From: Thermoanaerobaculia bacterium
GTDB lineage: Bacteria > Acidobacteriota > Thermoanaerobaculia > Multivoradales > Multivoraceae
Direction of reading: 5' to 3'
Length of the DNA: 64,000 bases
Assembly (NCBI GenBank): GCA_963664405.1
Contig: OY761158.1
Span: 5,952,001-6,016,000 of the forward strand
The position numbers were made by a program, and so were the translations under genes. The notes beneath the pieces are model-generated. The model saw nothing but the letters and a program-made list of their open reading frames with translations, was not told where the DNA came from and did no database searches. The number at the start of each line of letters is the position of its first letter. Position 1 is the first letter of the stretch. Shown one piece after another: positions 60,204 through 64,000 of this stretch.

Positions 60204-61712
60204 GTGATCGACGCACAGCTGCGCGGGGAGATCCGTCGTCTGTTCCTGGTCGAGAAGTGGAAAGTCGGCACGATCGCTCGACAGCTACAGCTGCACCCCT
60301 CAACCGTGCGCCGGGCGCTGGAGAAGTCCGGCGTGCTACCCCAGCAGCGACGAGGGAGGATGATCGATCCTTACCTGCCGTTCATCGAGCAGGTGCTCGG
60401 GACCTACCCACGACTGCCGGCGAGCCGTCTCTACACCATGGTGGTGGAGCGCGGCTATCCAGGAGGCCCGGATCAGTTTCGCCACCTGGTGGCCTCGATG
60501 CGACCGAAGCCCCAGCGCGAGGCGTTTCTCTCGCTGCGCATGCTGCCAGGAGAGCAGGCGCAGGTCGACTGGGGCCACTTCGGTCGGCTCCGCGTCGGCC
60601 GGGCACATCGTCGGCTCTATGCCTTCGTCTTCGTGCTGTCGTTCTCGCGCACGGTCTTCGTGCACTTCACCCTCGACACTCGTCTCGAAACCTTCTTGCA
60701 CGCTCACCAGCTGGCCTTCCACTACGTCGACGGCGTCGTCAGGACCGTTCTGTACGACAACCTGCGAACCGCGGTGATCGAGCGGCAGGGAACCGCGGTG
60801 CGCTTCCATCCCGTGCTGCTCGATTTCGCCAGCCACTACGGCTTCCTTCCCACCGTCGCCGCGGTGGCTCGGGGAAATGAGAAAGGCCGCGTCGAGCGCG
60901 CAATCCGCTTCCTGCGAAGCTCGTTCTTCGGCGCCCGAACGGTGAGCGATTTGGATCGTCTGAATCGGCAGGTCCTGGAATGGTGCCAGAGGTCGCAGCG
61001 CAGACCCTGGCCGCAGGACCGACAGCGAACCGTGAAAAGCGCCCTGGCCCAGGAACGACCTCGACTGCTTGAGCTTCCCGGAGACGACTTCGAAACCGAC
61101 CTGCGACTGGAGATCAAGGTCAGAAAGACGCCGATCGTGCGCTTCGACCTCAACGACTACTCGGTGCCGCACAGTCATGTGCAGAGGACCGTCACGCTCC
61201 TCGCCAGCGAGCATCGGGTGCGGATCCTCGATGGCCAGGAGCTCCTCGCCGAGCACCCTCGCTCGTACTCCCGGGGCGAGCAGATCCTCGATCCTCAACA
61301 CCTCGAGGAGCTCCTCGCTCACAAACGCAGGGCCCGACGACACCGGGGCTTCCATCGGCTGTTTTCCGCTGTGCCTCGATGCGAAGAGCTGATGCAGCAG
61401 CTCGCCGAGCGAGGCGAGAACCTCGGAACGCAGACCGCCGGCCTGCTCCGACTCCTGCGCCAGTACGGCCCCCAGCGACTCGACAAAGCCGTGCGCGAAG
61501 CGCTCCTGAACCACGCACCGCGATTCCAGTCCGTCCGGCTCCTACTCGAACGGCACCAGCGCGGCCTCGGTCAGCCCCCGGCTTTACCGGTGCCGCTCAG
61601 CCAGGAGCTCCAACAGCGAGATCTCTCCGTGAGACCGCACAACCTCGAGGACTACGACCAACTTGGAGGCAACGACGATGGCCCGACCCAGGAAGAGTCC
61701 AACGATCCCTGA
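60204..61712 (+). CDS. istA: IS21 transposase IstA
   Basis: HTH; QAQVDW, YDN and KGRVER motifs. Confidence 0.93.
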   Translation: MIDAQLRGEIRRLFLVEKWKVGTIARQLQLHPSTVRRALEKSGVLPQQRRGRMIDPYLPFIEQVLGTYPRLPASRLYTMVVERGYPGGPDQFRHLVASMRPKPQREAFLSLRMLPGEQAQVDWGHFGRLRVGRAHRRLYAFVFVLSFSRTVFVHFTLDTRLETFLHAHQLAFHYVDGVVRTVLYDNLRTAVIERQGTAVRFHPVLLDFASHYGFLPTVAAVARGNEKGRVERAIRFLRSSFFGARTVSDLDRLNRQVLEWCQRSQRRPWPQDRQRTVKSALAQERPRLLELPGDDFETDLRLEIKVRKTPIVRFDLNDYSVPHSHVQRTVTLLASEHRVRILDGQELLAEHPRSYSRGEQILDPQHLEELLAHKRRARRHRGFHRLFSAVPRCEELMQQLAERGENLGTQTAGLLRLLRQYGPQRLDKAVREALLNHAPRFQSVRLLLERHQRGLGQPPALPVPLSQELQQRDLSVRPHNLEDYDQLGGNDDGPTQEESNDP

Positions 61713-62472
61713 CGAACCACTACGAGAGCTCGCCCGATCCCTCGGCTTCTACGCCCTCGTCGACGACTGGGGCACCTACCGAGAACAGCCCTGGCTCGAA
61801 CAGCTGCTGCGCAAAGAAGAGGCCGAGCGCAAACGGCGCAGCCTCGAACGGCGCATCCGCACCAGCCGCGTCGGGCTCTTCAAGAGCATCGCCGACTTCG
61901 ACTTCTCCTGGCCCCAGCGCATCGACCGCGAGCAGATCCAGGATCTGCTCACCCTCCAATTCCTCGACGACATCACCAACGTCATCCTCCTCGGACCCAA
62001 CGGTGTCGGCAAGACCATGATTGCCAAGAACCTCCTCTACCAGGCGCTGCAACGAGGGGCCACCGCCAGCTTCGTCACCGCCTCCGACATGCTCAACGAT
62101 CTCGCCGTCCAGGAAACCCCCTCGGCGCTCCAGAGAAGGCTCTCCAAATACACCCGACCCTCGCTTTTGGCAATCGATGAGCTCGGCTATCTCTCCTACG
62201 ACCACCGCCACGCGGATCTCCTCTTCGAGGTCGTCTCCAGGAGATACGGCAACAAGCCCATTCTTCTCACCACCAACAAGCCCTTCGCCGAATGGGCCGA
62301 GGTCTTTCCCAACGCCTCCTGCGTCGTCACTCTCGTCGATCGACTCACCCACCACGCCGAGATCGTCAAGATCGAGGCTAACTCCTATCGCCGCAAGGAG
62401 GCCAAGGAGGCTGCTGAAAAAAAGGCCAAGGACCGCGCCAAAAGGCGGAGCGCAGCACGACGACGCTCATGA
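61678..62472 (+). CDS. istB: IS21 helper ATPase IstB
   Basis: GPNGVGKT, IDELG, TTNK and DRLTH motifs. Confidence 0.95.
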   Translation: MARPRKSPTIPDEPLRELARSLGFYALVDDWGTYREQPWLEQLLRKEEAERKRRSLERRIRTSRVGLFKSIADFDFSWPQRIDREQIQDLLTLQFLDDITNVILLGPNGVGKTMIAKNLLYQALQRGATASFVTASDMLNDLAVQETPSALQRRLSKYTRPSLLAIDELGYLSYDHRHADLLFEVVSRRYGNKPILLTTNKPFAEWAEVFPNASCVVTLVDRLTHHAEIVKIEANSYRRKEAKEAAEKKAKDRAKRRSAARRRS

Positions 62473-62825
62473 CCCGAAGCCACTATCGGCGCCAGCTCCT
62501 CCGCCTCTATCGACTCCTTCCCGACACCCCGCACCGCTTCCACCACGGCGACCGCGTCATCGTCGACCAGCTCTTCGACCAAGACCTGCCTCTCACCGTC
62601 CTCCAGGCCGCCCTCCTCCTCGGCTCCGCCCGACGCGCATGCCGAGATCCGCGCCTACCAAAGCTCCAGCCCATCCGATCCCTCGCCTACTTTCTCCCCA
62701 TCCTCCGAGAACTCCCCACGACGCCACCCCCCGAGGGGTACCTCGACTATCTGCGCCACACCCTGAGTCACGCCTCGCGGGGACAAAAAACCGACTCGCA
62801 GCCAACTAAGTGCGCTTTCTCGTAG
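62469..62825 (+). CDS. Small helical protein (IS21 accessory ORF4)
   Basis: ATGA overlap with istB; homologous to 51010-51363 (IRSLAYF, YLDYL). Confidence 0.78.
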   Translation: MTRSHYRRQLLRLYRLLPDTPHRFHHGDRVIVDQLFDQDLPLTVLQAALLLGSARRACRDPRLPKLQPIRSLAYFLPILRELPTTPPPEGYLDYLRHTLSHASRGQKTDSQPTKCAFS

Positions 62826-64000
62826 CCGGTAACAACAGCAGCGGAAGCAGCTCCTCGATGCTCTTGGACTTGCGAAGGTAGCGCGGCACCAGTTTCGACT
62901 CGAAGCGGATCGGCTCCTCTGTCTCACCCCGGTCCCGCACTCGCGGGACTCGCACCGGGACGTCGCCGATTCCAGTCTGAATCGACCGCTCCGGCAGATG
63001 CCCGTTGCGCACCAGCCTCTGTCTACCGGCTGAGTCGCGCTCCTCTGCGTAGTGCTCGAGCAGCTCGCCCACTTCCGCCTCGACCGCCACCCGGAGCAGC
63101 TCCTGGGCTCCTTGTCGCAGCACCTCGGTCAAGGCGTCATCCACACTCGCTGTACCTGGCTCTCTGAAGCGCTCTGCGTTACCCTGAACCACGGCGTATC
63201 CTCCTTCTCCGGAAGGTCCCAAGGTCGTTGAACAACCTCAGGATACGCCGCCTTCAAACCTCCTCATACACAACTTTCGACCATAGCTCGTCGCCGAGTC
63301 GGTGGCCGCCGTAAAGGTCGTTGGTCGGTGTGCTGATCGGCAGATAGGCGAGGCCGAGCTCTTCGTCGACAGCGATCATCGACCACACACATTGGTATTA
63401 CCCGTGTACTTCCAGGACTCGTTCTCCCAGGTCTCGCTGCCCTCCTCTCCCTGCTGCGGATGGTGTGAAAGACCCACGCCAGGGCGCCGCTCTCGGCATC
63501 GTAGGCACGCACGAAGCTCGGCGGCCCCCCCTGGTGGGTGACGCCATCGGAAACGATCGAGCCCACGATCACCGTGTCGCGGCAGATCGCCGCCGGCGAG
63601 CTGTGCGTCGTTCGGGACTCGAGGATCTTGCGGCCCAGGTCTTTGGTCATCTCCACCGCGCCGTGCTTGCCGAAAGTGGGGTCGGGCCTGCCGGTCATGG
63701 TGTCGAGAGAGAGCAGGCGACGGTCATGTGTGGCCATCATCACGCGTTGTTTTGTGCCCCTGTGCCAAACCGCCACGCCGCGATGCTGAAAGCCCTCATT
63801 CGCTGGCCGCCCCGCCTCCCAGCTCTGCGGGTCGTAGCTCCACAGCGGCTTGCCCGAGGTGGCGTCGATCGCCGCCACCTGACCGAGGGGCGTGCTCACG
63901 TACATGCGCCCGTCGATCACCACGGGAACCGCCTTGAACTTGAAGGACCCCAGGCGTATCGCTTCCGGCAGGTTCGGAATCTGGCCGTCGACCGACTCCC

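Larger units (their letters stand above)
59445..62834 (+). mobile_element. IS21-family element 2 with four ORFs (3390 bp)
   Basis: TG..CA ends; 40-bp IRs (32/40) with an internal ggctgcgag repeat. 5-bp TSD ACAGC at 59440-59444 and 62835-62839. Confidence 0.93.
58544..63192 (-). pseudogene. IS256 C transposase (63192-62835 plus 59439-58544)
   Basis: Removing the insertion restores ELLPLL-YLRGISTGDF; WADG, ADGALG, QRCWMH and TTNPIESTF motifs. Confidence 0.9.
58513..63289 (-). mobile_element. IS256 family element C, interrupted by IS21-like element 2
   Basis: IRs gagttattgtcaaatgttgggta / gagctatggtcgaaagttgtgta. 9-bp TSD GTCGCCGAG at 58504-58512 and 63290-63298. Confidence 0.9.
58440..64000 (-). 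pseudogene. PQQ-dependent glucose/quinate dehydrogenase-like gene (63290-64000 plus 58440-58512), interrupted by IS256 C
   Basis: RGVAVW, FGKHG.V and [17 protein letters not shown] motifs. Removing the IS restores GGHRLGDNLFAESLVAVDCETG; further frameshifts. Confidence 0.82.

Noticed and set aside
1-64000. tRNA, rRNA, RAYT transposase, reverse transcriptase, cas genes or phage structural genes
   Set aside because: No recognisable signatures were seen by eye; a covariance-model and HMM scan would be needed to exclude them.

Overview
GC-rich bacterial DNA, most likely Acidobacteriota (inferred from an ADOP-type permease remnant, Oar-like TonB receptors, sulfatases and YVTN/cytochrome c genes). 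It has two halves. Bases 1-32.6 kb are a mostly intact chromosomal backbone: FO synthase cofH/fbiC, GSTs, an F420-dependent LLM oxidoreductase, enoyl-CoA hydratase, SDR, HCCA isomerase, acyl-CoA dehydrogenase, gmd, pyk, three sulfatase-family genes, GT2, nitroreductase, MBL hydrolase, TPR protein, PrpD-like protein, threonine synthase-like protein, a Tat-signal ThDP enzyme and outer-membrane proteins. A REP-like double-hairpin repeat family sits between these genes; its 40-bp palindrome begins at the TAG stop codon of four different genes and shows compensatory base changes. Bases 32.7-64 kb are a decayed mobile-element mosaic that starts at an IS1111-type left end placed inside one of those repeats. 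It holds a plasmid remnant (IncW-type RepA, 4 iterons, DnaA box, broken tyrosine recombinase, broken H-NS), three IS256 elements with target duplications, and a Cre-like recombinase with a perfect 36-bp lox-like palindrome plus a half-site at its own start. It also holds HigBA, two TonB receptors and two divergent IS21-family elements. Both IS21 elements share an unusual four-gene layout (Cys-rich Zn-finger ORF, istA, istB, small helical ORF), and each is inserted at nearly the same position of a different IS256 transposase gene. The strongest candidates for undescribed systems are the four-gene IS21 module, the Cre/lox-like pair and the stop-codon-anchored repeat. All calls come from reading the sequence by eye; no database searches were run.
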